Part shown: one piece after another, positions 1 through 12,854 of the stretch | Numbering within the stretch: the first letter of the stretch is position 1 | How the letters are laid out: each line of letters begins with the position of its first letter | From: Blastocystis sp. Blastoise | Taxonomy: Eukaryota; Protista; Bigyra: Opalinata | NCBI GenBank assembly: GCA_039096225.1 | Contig: JBBPEB010000005.1 | Location: forward strand, 558,001-622,000 | Direction: 5' to 3' | DNA length: 64,000 nt | The notes under the pieces: generated by a model | What the model saw: the letters and a program-made list of their open reading frames with translations, nothing else | What the model was told of the DNA's origin: nothing | The model's database searches: none | Position numbers and translations under genes: made by a program

Positions 1-113
1 ATAATTCTATGTTATATATAGATATAGTTGTTAAAAGCATCTTATACAATTATATTATATTATAAATATTATACTATCTATTAGTACATTAACTAATAAT
101 TCTATTTCTATAG

Positions 114-840
114 ACGCAAATAATAGTTCATTTATTAATACAGATCCAAATTTATATCAAAATCAATCTAATAATGTTTTTATACCATTTTTTAATAATT
201 CTACATTTATAAATTCAAGTGTTGGTGTAACACCTTTATCATCACAAAATAATATTTCTTTATCACAAATACAAAACAATTTTATAACTTCTTTAAATAA
301 TAATTCAAATATAAATATTGATATAGATAATAGTTATTCACAAATAAATAATAATAATTCTATATTAAATAATGGTTCAAACTTATTCAATCAAATGAAT
401 CCAGTTAATCAATCAATTAATAACATATCTATTGTTCAAAGTCAAATTAATAATAATAATCAATCTATTCCTATATCAACTACTATTATACAACCTACAG
501 AAAAAAATACTTCTGTTTCTAATAACAATAATGATTCTATTAATACTTCTTCACACTCTTTACCTGTTGTTACTACTATTCCAACTGATGTAAATATATC
601 TAACAATAATAATTCTGTAATCATTAATGACAATACGAATCATTCTATAAATAACACTAATACTAATAATAATGAAACAATAATACAAAGAAATAATAGA
701 TCTATTAATTCCATCATGAATAGTTATTTAACCATTCCTGATTTAAGTCCTATTCTTCCTCCTTTAAGTATTCTAACAAATATTCCTCATATTAATTTAA
801 ATAATGATAATGAATCAGAAATTATAACAACAATACCTAA

Positions 841-898
<58 letters not shown>

Positions 899-3800
899 TT
901 TTCTGATAATGATTCTGATTCTGATTATATTGATCCTTTTCCTGATATCAATAGTAATACTCAAAATAATGATGAAACACAAGCTATAAGAACTATTAGA
1001 AGACCTATAACAGATAATAGTATGTTTTTTTTTATTATTTAAATATATTTATTTAATACTTTTTTATAGTTGAAGAAGACATAACTATTCATCCTATTAT
1101 TAATAGAGGAAGAAGTAGAGCTTTAGATATTTGTATGATATTTATATTTTTTAATTCTTAATAAATAATGAAATAACAAATTATTTTTATAGATAATCAG
1201 CAAAGATTATTATATCCTGGATTACATAATTGTATTGCTTCTATTCAAAGAAGTATTTATATATTTTATACTATTTTATATTATTTTATATAGATTCTCA
1301 TGGTGATTTTGTATTAAATGAAGCATTGAATACTTATACAGCTAATTATTTAGGTGATTTTAATGTTCATTGTGAATATTGTCATGCTAAACATTTTGAA
1401 TTAGAGAAAGGAATGAATGATAAGTTTTATACTTGCTGTGGTAGTGGTAAAGTAGTTCTTCCTGAGCTTCCTGATCTTCCTAATACTATTCGTTCTTTAT
1501 TACAAAGAGATAATCCAGATTCAAGAGAATTTATTAATAATATTATTCGATATAATAATTCTGTTGCTTTAGCTTCTTTAGCTGGAAATAATACTTCTGA
1601 TGATGATTTAAGAAATTCTTCTGGACCTTTACTATTTAAATGTGGAGGTAATATATATCATACTTTTAAGAGTGCTTTAGATTTTGATGTGAATGATCCT
1701 ACAAGACATCCTGTATTCAATCAATATTATATGATAGATGGAGATGAAGCTACTCATATGAGAAGTATGAATCGATATTTTTGTGATTTAAAACCAAATA
1801 TTTTAGAGATATTAGATAGTACAATAAGAGAATATCATCCATTAGCTCAAATATATAATTCACTTCGAGAAAGAGTAGATGAAGTATTAGAAGAGAATAG
1901 TCAAATGAATAGAAATAATATTAATTTATTAATAGAGTTTAAGAAACAAAGAAGAGAAGTACCTGATATAAGAAGATATAATACTCCTCAAGTAGATGAA
2001 GTAGCAGTAATATATCAATATAGAGAAGGAGGAGTAATGCCAGAAAGAAGTTATTGTTGTTTTCCTAGAAGTGGTATGGAAATAGTAGCTACTAATAGTA
2101 ATAATGAACAGAATCGTTATACTTCAGGTCAATATATAGTAATGAAGAATACTAATTCTTATATAGATTGTATGGTTTATCCAGTTATGTTTCCAACTGG
2201 AAGACAAGGTTGGTATCCAGATTTATTATCATTGAATCGTTCTAATCAAATTACTATTACTATGTTAGAATATTATAATTATATGCTTCAAATGAAAGAT
2301 CCACCTTATGATAATTATTTATTAAAATATAAGAAATTAACTTTACAATATATTACTGATAATTATATTCGAGTAGAACAAAATAGAATTAATTATATAC
2401 GAAATAATCAAAATAAGTTAAGAGCTTCAACTTATCAGAATATAAATAATATGTTAGAAGAGAGAGGAGATCAAATAAATGAGAATGATAGAAATATAGA
2501 TAGAATAGGTAAAGCTATTATATTACCTTCTTCTTTTGTTGGTAGTCCAAGAAATTTGCAACAGAAATATATGGATGCTATGAGTGTAGTTCGAGAATAT
2601 GGTAAACCTGATTTATTTATAACATTTACTTGCAATCCAGATTGGTTAGAAATAAAGAATAATATTCCAGAAGGTTATACTGTTAATGAATTTCCAGATT
2701 TAGTTTCAAGAGTGTTTCATTTAAAGTTGAAACAATTACTTTCTGATATAAAGGATAAGAATATATTTGGTACTGTAGAAGCTTTATTATATTCAGTGGA
2801 ATTCCAAAAGAGAGGTTTACCACATTCTCATATATTAATTATTTTAGATACGAATTCTAAATATAGAACAGAAGATGAAGTAGATAGTATAATAAGTGCA
2901 GAGATTCCTGATAAAGAATCAACTCCTCTTCTTTATGAATTAGTTAAGAAACATATGATTCATGGTCCATGTGGTCCTGATTATGATACGAATTGTGTTT
3001 GTATTGATAGATCAACAGGTAAATGTAGTAAGAGATTTCCAAAAGAATATATAGAGCAAACTAATTGTCATTTAAATTCTTATCCTTTATATCAAAGAAG
3101 AAATATTCCTGATAGAACTATTACTCTTATTCGTAGTCATAATACTTATACTATTGATAATCGTTGGGTAGTTCCTTATAATCCTTATTTATTATTGAAA
3201 TATCAAGCTCATATTAATGTAGAAGTCTGTTGTAATATTCAAAGTACAAAATATATATATAAGTATGCATTAAAAGGAAATGATTCTGTGATAGCTCAAT
3301 TAAGAAGAGTGAATGATAATGGAATAGTAGATGAAACTCAAGCTTATTTAGATTGTCGATATGTTTCTCCTCCTGAAGCTTCTTATCGTTTGAATTGTTT
3401 TGAAATTACTTATAATTCTGTTTCTATTAATAGATTACCTATTCATTTACCTGATGATCCATATATATTATTTCGAGAAGGACATGAAGTAGAAGCATTA
3501 AGGAATAGTTTAGAGAAAGGTACTAAATTAACAAAATACTTTGATTTAGAGAAAGAAGTTCAGAATCAAAGAAAGATATATACTTATTATTATATAGAGA
3601 AGAAGCATGGTATTCGTAATATGAATAATGTAGAAGAAGAAAGAGAATTGATTCAAGTTCGTTTAGAAGAGATAAATAGAATAAATAGTTATGAAGTAGA
3701 TGATGATAATATATCCGAAGAATTATTGAAAATATTAGATGAGAAATATCCTATTTATGCTTATCATGAAATACCAAAATATTATGTATGGAAATCGAAT

Positions 3801-5906
3801 ACAAATACTTGGAATAGACGTCAGAGAGATATAAAAGCTTTAGGAAGAATGTATTATGTGAATCCAAAAGATAAGGAACGATATGCTTTGAGATTATTAT
3901 TATTGAATACGAAAGGAGCTGATAGCTTTGATTCTTTGAAGATAGTAAAAGGATTGAATAGTAATGAACCTTATAGAACCTTTAGTGAAGCAGCTATAGC
4001 AAGAGGATTATTGAATAATGAGAGAGAAGTATTTGATTCATTTTCAGAAGCTATTGTTTTTGCTACTCCATGTCAATTGAGACAATTATTTATTACTTAT
4101 ATTTCAGAATCATTATTAACAAATGTGAAAGAGTTTTGGATTCGATTTAAATCATTTCTTAGTGAGGATTATAAACATTCAATGCATAATAATGAAATAG
4201 ATTATATAAATACTCCTTTAGCTCAAGATTTAGATTCATCAAGTGTTATAGAAGATGATACTAATAGTGTTCTTCAAGATTATGAAATACGTACTTTACA
4301 AGATATAAAAGAGATGATGATAAGTATAGGAGTGAATTATAATGATTTAGGATTACCTCAAGTAGAAGAACAACATCATTATAATGATTATAATTATAAT
4401 CCTACATTAGAATTACAAGAAGCTAATAGAGTAATAGAATTATTAAATGAAGAACAAAGAAATGCATTTGATAGAGTAATTCATTCAATAGAAAGTAGTA
4501 GAATAGAAGATAAGTTATGTTTCTTTATAGATGGTCCAGGTGGAAGTGGAAAGACTTTCTTATATAATAGTTTATTAAGTTATTTACGTGGACATAATAA
4601 GAATGTATTACCTGTAGCTTCAACAGGAATTGCTTCTACTTTATTACCAGGTGGTAGAACAGCTCATAAACAATTTGGTATTCCTTTGAATGTTGATCCT
4701 GATTCTACTTCAAATATAGATTTAGCTAGAGATAGAAGAAAAGTAGAAGAAATAAGAATAGCTGATTTAATAATATGGGATGAAGCTCCTATGATGAAAG
4801 GTGATTGTTTTATGGTAGTACATAGATTATTATGTGATATAATGAATACAGAATTAGATATTCCTTTTGGTGGTAAAACAGTAGTATTAGGAGGAGATTT
4901 CAGACAATGTTTACCAGTTATAAGAAAAGGAACTCAAGCTCAGATTGTTAGTTCTTCTATAAAGTTTTGTTCCTTATGGAATTCTATCAAAAATAATGTC
5001 ATTCATTTATCAAGAAATATGAGAGCTTTAGAAGGAGCAGATGATTTTAGACAATGGTTATTACAAGTAGGAGATGGTGTTCTTTCTAATAATTATACTA
5101 TTAGTCATCATTTAGATATAGATTATATTCCTATTCCTCCTCAATGTATTGTGAATGATGATTTATGTGTTACTGTATTTGGACATCGAATCAATACTTC
5201 TCTTGATTCTGATATCAAACGATTAGCTTCTTCTGTTATATTAGCTTCTACTAATGATTGTGTTGGTACTTTAAATGATTTCATTGTTGATAATCTTCTT
5301 TCTGGAACTACTACTCCTTATATCTCTTCTGATTCTATTCTTGATTCTGAAACAGATGATCCAGAATCAAATTATCCTATCGAGTTTATCAATTCTCAAA
5401 CACCTTCTGGAATGCCTCCTCATATATTAAATTTAAAAATAGGTTGTATCATTATGCTTTTAAGAAATCTTAATCCTTCTAAAGGATTATGTAATGGTAC
5501 TAGACTTATAGTTACTCGATTAGGATCAAATAATATTACTGCTACTATTTTAAATCCTCCTCCTTCTCTTACTATTGATGAACGTACTGTTATTATTCCA
5601 AGAATCATCTGTAATTCAAATCCTGAAGATCTTCCTATTATTATATCCAGAAGACAATTTCCTATTCGTTTAGCATTCGCAATGACTATTAACAAATCTC
5701 AAGGACAAACATTTGAAAGAGTTGGTGTTTATTTAGATCGTCCTGTCTTCTCTCATGGTCAACTCTATGTTGCTTTCAGTCGTGCTCGATCTTTCAACTC
5801 TCTTTTTATTAAGGTAGTTGATAGTGTTTCTCAAGGTAAGATGATTAGTAGTAGTAATGAAATATTTACTAAGAACGTGGTCTTCAGGTCTACTCTAAAT
5901 AATTAA
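114..5906 (+). CDS. Helitron RepHel (HUH Y2 endonuclease + Pif1-family SF1B helicase), spliced; exons 114-1019, 1070-1132, 1193-1252, 1294-5906; start unresolved
   Basis: Zn-finger CEYC..HFE..CC. Rep motifs PDLFITFTCNP, VEFQKRGLPHSHIL (HUH) and KYIYKY (Y2). Helicase motifs GPGGSGKT, IIWDEAPM, GGDFRQCLPV, AMTINKSQGQT, HGQLYVAFSR. Three GT-AG phase-1 introns (50, 60, 41 nt) join the Asn-rich ORF 395-1042 in frame to the ORF 1230-5906. Confidence 0.93.
840..898 (+). repeat. (AGT)n microsatellite encoding poly-Ser in the RepHel N-terminal exon
   Basis: About 19 AGT units read directly. Confidence 0.95.
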
Positions 5907-6070
5907 ATGCTTTATTTTCTTTTCTCTTCTTTTTGTTTTATTTGTTTTTTATTATTTATTTAACTTTTTACCTTTTCACTTTTTATTTGTTCTAAAAATG
6001 TTTTTAATAAACAAGATTGTTTTGTTAGCCCTTATTTAATACATATTTTAAAACCCAACTGAACAACGCA

Positions 6071-6117
6071 GCCGCGGCGCGTCGCCGTTAGGCGGTGCGC
6101 CAGCGGCGTTACCCTAG
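6071..6117 (+). terminator. Helitron-1 3' terminal hairpin and CTAG
   Basis: gccgc-ggcgcgtc-gcc-GTTA-ggc-ggtgcgcc-a-gcggc, then gttacc and CTAG|T. Confidence 0.92.
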
Positions 6118-6249
6118 TATATATAATGTACATATATTTCAATTTTATGTATAATGAAAATTATTATATATAATTAGTTAGTAATATCTATTATATTGTA
6201 TTATAATTATATATGTTTAATATATCTATTTTTTTTTTATTATAAATAG

Positions 6250-7146
6250 ATTCAGACAAATCATTTCATTTTTCTTCTCCTCCTAAAGGTCAATTATATA
6301 ATAATCAAGATGAAAACGGTTTTGTTAAAAAGATAAAATACAACAAGGAAACTAATGATAATGACCAGTATGCTGATGGGAAAAATGGGTCTAATCATGG
6401 TTTCAATATTATTGGTAAAGGTATGCTATAAATATATATATACTATTACTATACATATAGATATACTATTACTATATATATATATATATATATGTATATA
6501 TACTATTACTATACATATAGATATACTATTACTATATATATATATATATATGTATATATACTATTACTATACATATAGATATAATTTTACTATATGTATA
6601 GGCTATAAGAATACTAATACATCAATAACTTTTGATAAGAGTACTCTTTTATCTGTGAGTGGTCTTCATCAAAGTATTTATATATATTATTGTATTCCTT
6701 ATATTATTCTTTCCAATATAGCTAAAGATATTATTGAAGAATATCTACCCAATCTATTAGATGTTATATCAAAAACCTTCAGTGTTGTAAGTTTGGGTAT
6801 GTAAATATAAATATTTTTATTTTTTATATAATACCTATTATACTTATTAGATATATATATATTTAGCAAATGGAAAGAATGATGCCGATACAGCAAAAAC
6901 TGATATTCATTTTATGAATAACAGTTCTGTTATCAGTCTTAGGGCAAATGAGGACAAGAAGCCAGAAGATAATAATAAAAATAGTATATAATTATTTATG
7001 ATTATTTTTTTGTATTAATTATATTTTATATAGTAACCAAACCTAAAAAAAGAAAATCAAAATTGGATAAATTATCAAAAATTATTCAGCTGCTAAATGA
7101 TCAAGATTCTGATTCTTCCTTTGAATCTGATAATAGTAGTATATAA
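6250..7146 (+). CDS. Last five exons of an unknown spliced protein (exons 6250-6420, 6602-6673, 6722-6796, 6867-6983, 7034-7146); 5' part not found
   Basis: All introns are GT-AG and phase 1. Internal exon lengths 171, 72, 75 and 117 are multiples of 3. The joined frame is open (SDKSFHFSSPPKGQLY...GYKNTNTSITFDKSTLLSVSGLHQTKDIIEEYLPNLLDV...KPKKRKSKLDKLSKIIQLLNDQDSDSSFESDNSSI*). TGTTTTGTT at 7302. Confidence 0.75.
6432..6585. repeat. About 60-bp tandem duplication (2.5 copies) inside an intron
   Basis: tactattactatacatatagatatactattactatata recurs with a 60-nt period. Confidence 0.85.
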
Positions 7147-7608
7147 CATATATATTATATATATTATATATATTATATATATTATATATATTGTTTATTC
7201 ATTATTCATTTATTTATCCTGATTAATATGCTTTTATTCTAATTTTATATCTTTTTTATTCTGATCTATTATAAACAATTCTATGATAATTTTTTTTATT
7301 TTGTTTTGTTTTATTATTATTTATTTAAACACTGAACAGATGTGATCAACATAATAATTCTAATACATAAAAATAATATTTGATAAATCTAAAAATTTTA
7401 CGAAAGAATTTTAGTTCTATGTTTTTTTTTATATTATTACTTTTTTAAATAATAATTATACTACTGTTATTTAATAACCAATTCCTTTATAGTTTTTAAA
7501 CAACAAAATCAAAATAATATTATACAAGAGCAAATTTTAAATTCAAAACATTCTACAGGTAAAAATAATGTTATTCAGTCGGTAAAAGAAGTATTCAGTA
7601 ATGACAAT

Positions 7609-8823
7609 ATGATTGCAGATGATACTAACATAAATAGCAACACTATTAATAGTGACTCAATATCCATCGATTCTGAAAAATCTGTTTATGAAATCATTGA
7701 TAATAATCTTTACAATGAAATAAATGAAAACACTTCTAATAATATTTATCTGGCAGATCAAAACTATTATTGTAATAATAATAATATTACTTTTAATCAT
7801 GATCAATTTGAAGTTGAATCACAGAATGCCATAAATTGTAATAATTTTATGACTTTTATTAATAGTGAATCACAACAAATTGAATTGAGTGATTGTAATT
7901 CACAAAACAATTCTTTGATTAATCCTTTTGAGCAAAATATAGGAAATTTAACTTTTCATATGGAAGATATAGATATAAATGAAAACATAACAATTGAAAC
8001 TAGAATAAATGAGACAGAAAATAATATAATTAATAATGAAAATGAAGAAAATATTGCTGATAATTCAGAACAGTTTCAAACAGTAAATAATACTATTATT
8101 GTAACACAACTTGACTATGACAACCCTTCTCATTCTAATAATGATCAGATTATGAATGTTTTGCAAAATAATAATGTTAATCAACAATATATTGATTCTA
8201 ATATTAATATATCACTTTTTATCGATGACAATACCCGTATATACTATTCTATAATATTTCATATAAATAAATTATATAATATTTTTTTATAGAAATAAAC
8301 AACAACAGTCAACAAATAGAAGATATAACAATATATCCATTACCAAATATAATATGTTCATCAATACTAAGTATATAAAAATAAAATAATAGTAATAATT
8401 TCAATCAATCATCAATATTTAACTATTTTTTTTGTATATAGGAAACTCTTATCAAATAATTGATGAAAATAATAATAAGTATGAATATTATGATTTGGGT
8501 AAAATGATATTTAAATGTCCATGTTGTAATGCTTTACATTTTGAACATGAACGAAACAAATTTATATGGACTATAAACTATGATACAACATTTTTTGAAG
8601 AACCATCAAATTCATATAATGATACAATAAATAATACAATAATATATACAAAAAGAAGAAGACAATGGACACTTGACACAGAAGGAAATATTATATTAAA
8701 GAATAGTCAATATAGTGGTTGTTGTCGTAATGGAAAAGTTCATTTAGGTTCATTATCAGAACCAGATATATCGATTCAAAACTTATTGAATGATAATACA
8801 GATTCTTCAAAACAATTTAAAAA
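7609..8823 (+). pseudogene. Helitron-2 RepHel, part 1 (Asn-rich N-terminus and Zn finger); exons 7609(7493)-8236, 8293-8370, 8442-8823
   Basis: Two phase-1 introns. Micro-exon IEDITIYP resembles Helitron-1 IEEDITIHP. CPCC..HFE..CCRNGKV Zn finger. Frame ends KQFK at the MULE-A TSD. Confidence 0.85.
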
Positions 8824-8935
8824 GAGGTTCTGATAAAAGTGTCTGAAAATTCGATTTTGGTGAGAAGCATGTCTCTTTTTAAATTTTTTTTAGCAAAATA
8901 TCGTTTTTTTTTTCAAAACTGATAAAAATGTCTCT
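8824..8935 (+). repeat. MULE-A left TIR, motif TGAtAAnnaTGTC at about 30-bp period
   Basis: Motif at 8831, 8861, (8891) and 8920; mirrored by GACATAtTTaTCA at 36030, 36060 and 36090. Confidence 0.85.
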
Positions 8936-9779
8936 TTTATGACTTATTTTCTTCTGATTTGTTCTTAAACATAGTATTTTCCTCCTTTTTTAAAGATTAA
9001 TTCCCGTGAATAAAAAAAATAGCTTTTTTATTGGATAACATTTTATAAAAATAATTTTTATTGGATAAATAAAGAAATAAAGAACAAAATAATTGTTGTT
9101 TATCAAAATAAACAGTATATATTTATAATTTGTGCTGTTTTGTTATCAGTTTTGAATAAATAGCAATTCTGTTATATAAATTAGTTATAAATAGACACTT
9201 CCTTTTATTATTATGCATAAAATAAAAGTTTAGCGTAGCTAATTTTCTTTGGCAGAACTATATTAACAGCCAGCATAGCTATTCTAAATCAAAAGCATTT
9301 TTTGGCTTAATAAAAATCTAGAAAAACTTTATAACTGGTTCTTATTGTTAAAAAAAAGTGTAATCAAAGAATGACTTTAAGTTTGAAAAAGTTATAAGTA
9401 ATTATTTATTGTGAAACTATAGTTGCTTCGATGAGTCAATGTTAAAAAAAAACTTATTTTTAATATTTTGCTCACAATTGTTACTAATCCATTTGAGGAA
9501 GACAATTTTTTACAAATGAAATGTGTGCTGGAATAAGTCATCTATTGATTTATCGCTTTTGTTAAAGAAAACGATGTGTAAAAATGATTTAAAATAAAAA
9601 GAAGAAATATATTTTTTATATAAAGAATATTTTTTGTTATTTAAGTTTTTAAGTTTCTTTTTTATAACGTGATAATTTAGAAAACATAGAGACTCAAAAT
9701 AATGTATTTATAACATTATTAAAACTCACTTTCACTTGATTCAGGTTAATGATGCACTATGGACATTTTTTCAGGTTTC

Positions 9780-9990
9780 TGTCAAAAGGTCCAACGACTT
9801 TTTTGTTTTGGTTTCCCCAGTGGTGAGCAGTGAAAATTTTTAAATATGTAGCTGACAAAAGGTTATTTGATTTTTCTGTTTGGTTTCCCCAGTGGTGGAG
9901 CAGTGAAAAAATTTTAAAGGGTAGCTGACAAAAGGTCCAACGACTTTTTTGCTTTGGTTTCCCCAGTGGTGAGCAGTGAAATTTTTTGTC
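9780..9990 (+). repeat. CACTA left subterminal repeats, 3 x about 72 bp
   Basis: caaaaggt...ttggtttccccagtggtg(g)agcagtgaaa occurs three times in tandem. Confidence 0.9.
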
Positions 9991-10142
9991 AGAGTTTCAG
10001 TGATTTTATAAAATCGAAAAGCAGTGCAAAAGTATGACGCACCTTAAAACAATAATTGGCGAATAAAAATGGTTTTAAATATTCTCTATTTTTTCATTTA
10101 TTGGTTTTTTTATTCTTTTTGTGGTGTAATAATAAACGATAT

Positions 10143-10950
10143 AACAAAACAAACAAATTAAATATTATCAAATAATCATAAAAACAAATAATAGAAAACA
10201 ATAATAATAAATATATAAAAAAAAGATAATAAAACATATAATAAATAATATAATAAAATATATATAATATTTAATTTATAATATTTCAACCAGGACAGTT
10301 TCAGTCTTTAATTTGCATTTAAGCCTAAGCAACCTATATAAAGAGATGATATTAGTTAAGTATTACTAATAATAATATATATATAACATTTTAAAATAAT
10401 AATAAAATAAAAAATATATACCTTTTCTAATCATTACAAGACAGGCAAGGAATCAAAGACAAAGAACCATCCTATAAAAGATATATGATAAATAGTATAA
10501 TGAATAAAACAATATAATTAAATATATATATATACTTTTTATAAACCATTCTCTCCAATTAACAACAACGACAGCAACGGAACCCCTGGAAACCTATATA
10601 AAGATAGAGTAAGTTATATAATATAATAATATATAATAAAGTAAATTAATATAGAATAATAAAATATAAATATATACATTAATGCTATATAAATATAAAG
10701 TGGGGTTAGTTATATAATATGTAATAGATAATATAGATGATATATACCTTCTTTTAACATTGATTCCTTCCATTCTAGACCTAAAGAACCCATCTATAAG
10801 AGAGCCACGACCACACACAAGAAGGACCAGAACGTTTAAGGAGACCAGCAAGTGTCAAAACACCAAGCAGAGACAGCTACTATAGAAAATGAATGAATAG
10901 AGTAGAAAAAATAAAATATAAAGAAAAAGCAAACACCTACCATCATAATA
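10143..10950 (-). ncRNA. Spliced unit in CACTA without a long ORF (exons 10748-10879, 10536-10593, 10422-10471, last exon from 10333)
   Basis: GC-richer blocks bounded by tatag| and |gtatat. Stops occur in all frames. TGTTTTGTT on the minus strand at 10143-10151. Confidence 0.5.
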
Positions 10951-12786
10951 GTATCATATATAATAAAATAAAAATAAAATTTAATAATATATCATATTAA
11001 TCATATAAGATATAATAAAATAAATATGTGATAAGTCATGTAGCATTTTGTTTTGTTATAAAAGGGTGTAATAGGAATTTAGAAGATATAGCTGAAATAA
11101 TGAAAATAAACATGAATAATCTCATATCTACTAAATATAGAGAATCTTCATCATAAGAAAAATGAATGGTTAAGAATAAAAGAGAAAGAAAAATTTTATT
11201 TCTATGAGGAAAATGGATATTGTTATTGTTATTTTCAATTTATCATAATTATCATAAGTAATACAAAAATTGTTTTATTTTAAAGAATTATATAGTTATT
11301 TATCATTATATCATTTTATAATCAGTTTTGACTATGGAAGAGTGATTTTTATCCTTAATTGTCAAAATTATTTTTAGTATCACTCAGTAAGTATAAGTCT
11401 TTTAAAAAATAAATATAGGTTACAATACAGACTTATAGAGAAGACTCTGAAACTTCTATTTCCAGAATAAAAGTCATTTATATAATCCAGAATGATTGCC
11501 TGAATCATTATTTAAAGAATCAGTTTTATCACATATCTTCAATAAAATTATAAAATAAAGAAAATGAAGATAAAAAGGTCTAGAGTCGAAAATGTTATGA
11601 AATATTATCTTTTTAATGTATTTGTCCCGATTTTTTATTAATCTGTTATCATAATATGACAAAGAGAGTGGTAAAAACATTTTAAAAGTGAATTAAAGCA
11701 ATAATTGGAATCAAGTTAAAGTCTTCTAATACCTTTAAATAGACTTGAAATACATAGAGTAAGCATTTTTTCATGCAAATAGTGTTTTTCATTTAAATAA
11801 TATCAAAAACAAATCAAAATAGTATTTTATAATTACTCAGCAAGAACTTTTTCTAGTATTCAAGGACTTACTATTATCAAATATACGTATAAACAAACAA
11901 AAATCATATTTTATATATTTTTAGTTGAATAGTCGGAGTCGTGTTGATAGTTTATTATAAAACAAATGCAAAAATCACTTTTTTGTCAAAAAAAGTCTTA
12001 TATCGATATATAGTTTTATTCATAATTTATTTATTGTCTACAAACTCTGTGTATTCATTTTAAGTGATTTTTAGTAAAACTAAAATTATTTGAAATACAT
12101 ATTCTAATTTCGAAAATGACAAAAACATATTATATTACATATTTAGTGTTTAAATGAAGTTTAAAAGTTATTAAAATATCAATTAGTTAAAAAATATAAA
12201 ATATTGAGAATCTCCATTTTTATGACTTGTCTTAAATCACGTTAAAGGTGTATAATTGAATAGTTGCATTGATTATTTGTATGATTCTAGTAATATTTTC
12301 TAAGAATTTTGTTTTTTAACAAGAATAAATTCTTAATTTATTGTTTATCAACTTAAAAATGTATTTAAATGATTATTTTCTTGTGTAAAAGGGTATAGTG
12401 GTTATATGAAAAAAAAATTACGCAGAATCATTTGATAATATAATTTTGAAAATTTATAATTATTATTTTGAACTAAACTAATTTTTCACATATACTCATT
12501 ATAAAACGACTTGAATAATCTTTTGAGAAGATTATTTTGTTTTATAATACACTTAAGAAGTAATTGAATGTTATTGTGTCTCTTTTTGTTAAAAAGATTA
12601 TTTTGAATGCTATTTTTGATTGATCTATATATTATCAATGCATTCAATGATGAAATAAATACATATGTAAAGAAAAAATAGTAATTGATCTAATTTATCT
12701 TCATCTATTTGAATAGATAATTTTTGAAAAAATTAATATAATATAATTATTGATACCTATATATAAAGAATTAGTTATGTAATTGA

Positions 12787-12854
12787 CCTTAAGACAGGAA
12801 TTGAACCTGTTTTCTATCATAAACTGATAGATACTTACCAATATAAGCTTAAGG
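12787..12854 (-). ncRNA. 68-nt tRNA-like cloverleaf, copy A (in CACTA)
   Basis: ccttaag|ctta-tattgg-taag|ta|tctatc-agtttat-gataga|aa|acagg-ttcaatt-cctgt|cttaagg; all four stems pair perfectly. Confidence 0.85.

Larger units (their letters stand above)
1..6117 (+). mobile_element. Helitron-1, autonomous rolling-circle transposon (5' end probably outside the window)
   Basis: Contains a RepHel gene. 3' terminus is a GC-rich hairpin (6071-6107) followed by CTAG (6114-6117) and then T, the canonical Helitron 3' end. Confidence 0.93.

Noticed and set aside
5420-5695. 91-aa minus-strand ORF
   Set aside because: Antisense shadow of the helicase CDS.
9780-9990. CRISPR-like repeat-spacer array (also the 30-bp TIR arrays)
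   Set aside because: Eukaryotic context with no cas genes. The repeats are subterminal/TIR motifs of CACTA and MULE elements, and the spacers are related to each other.
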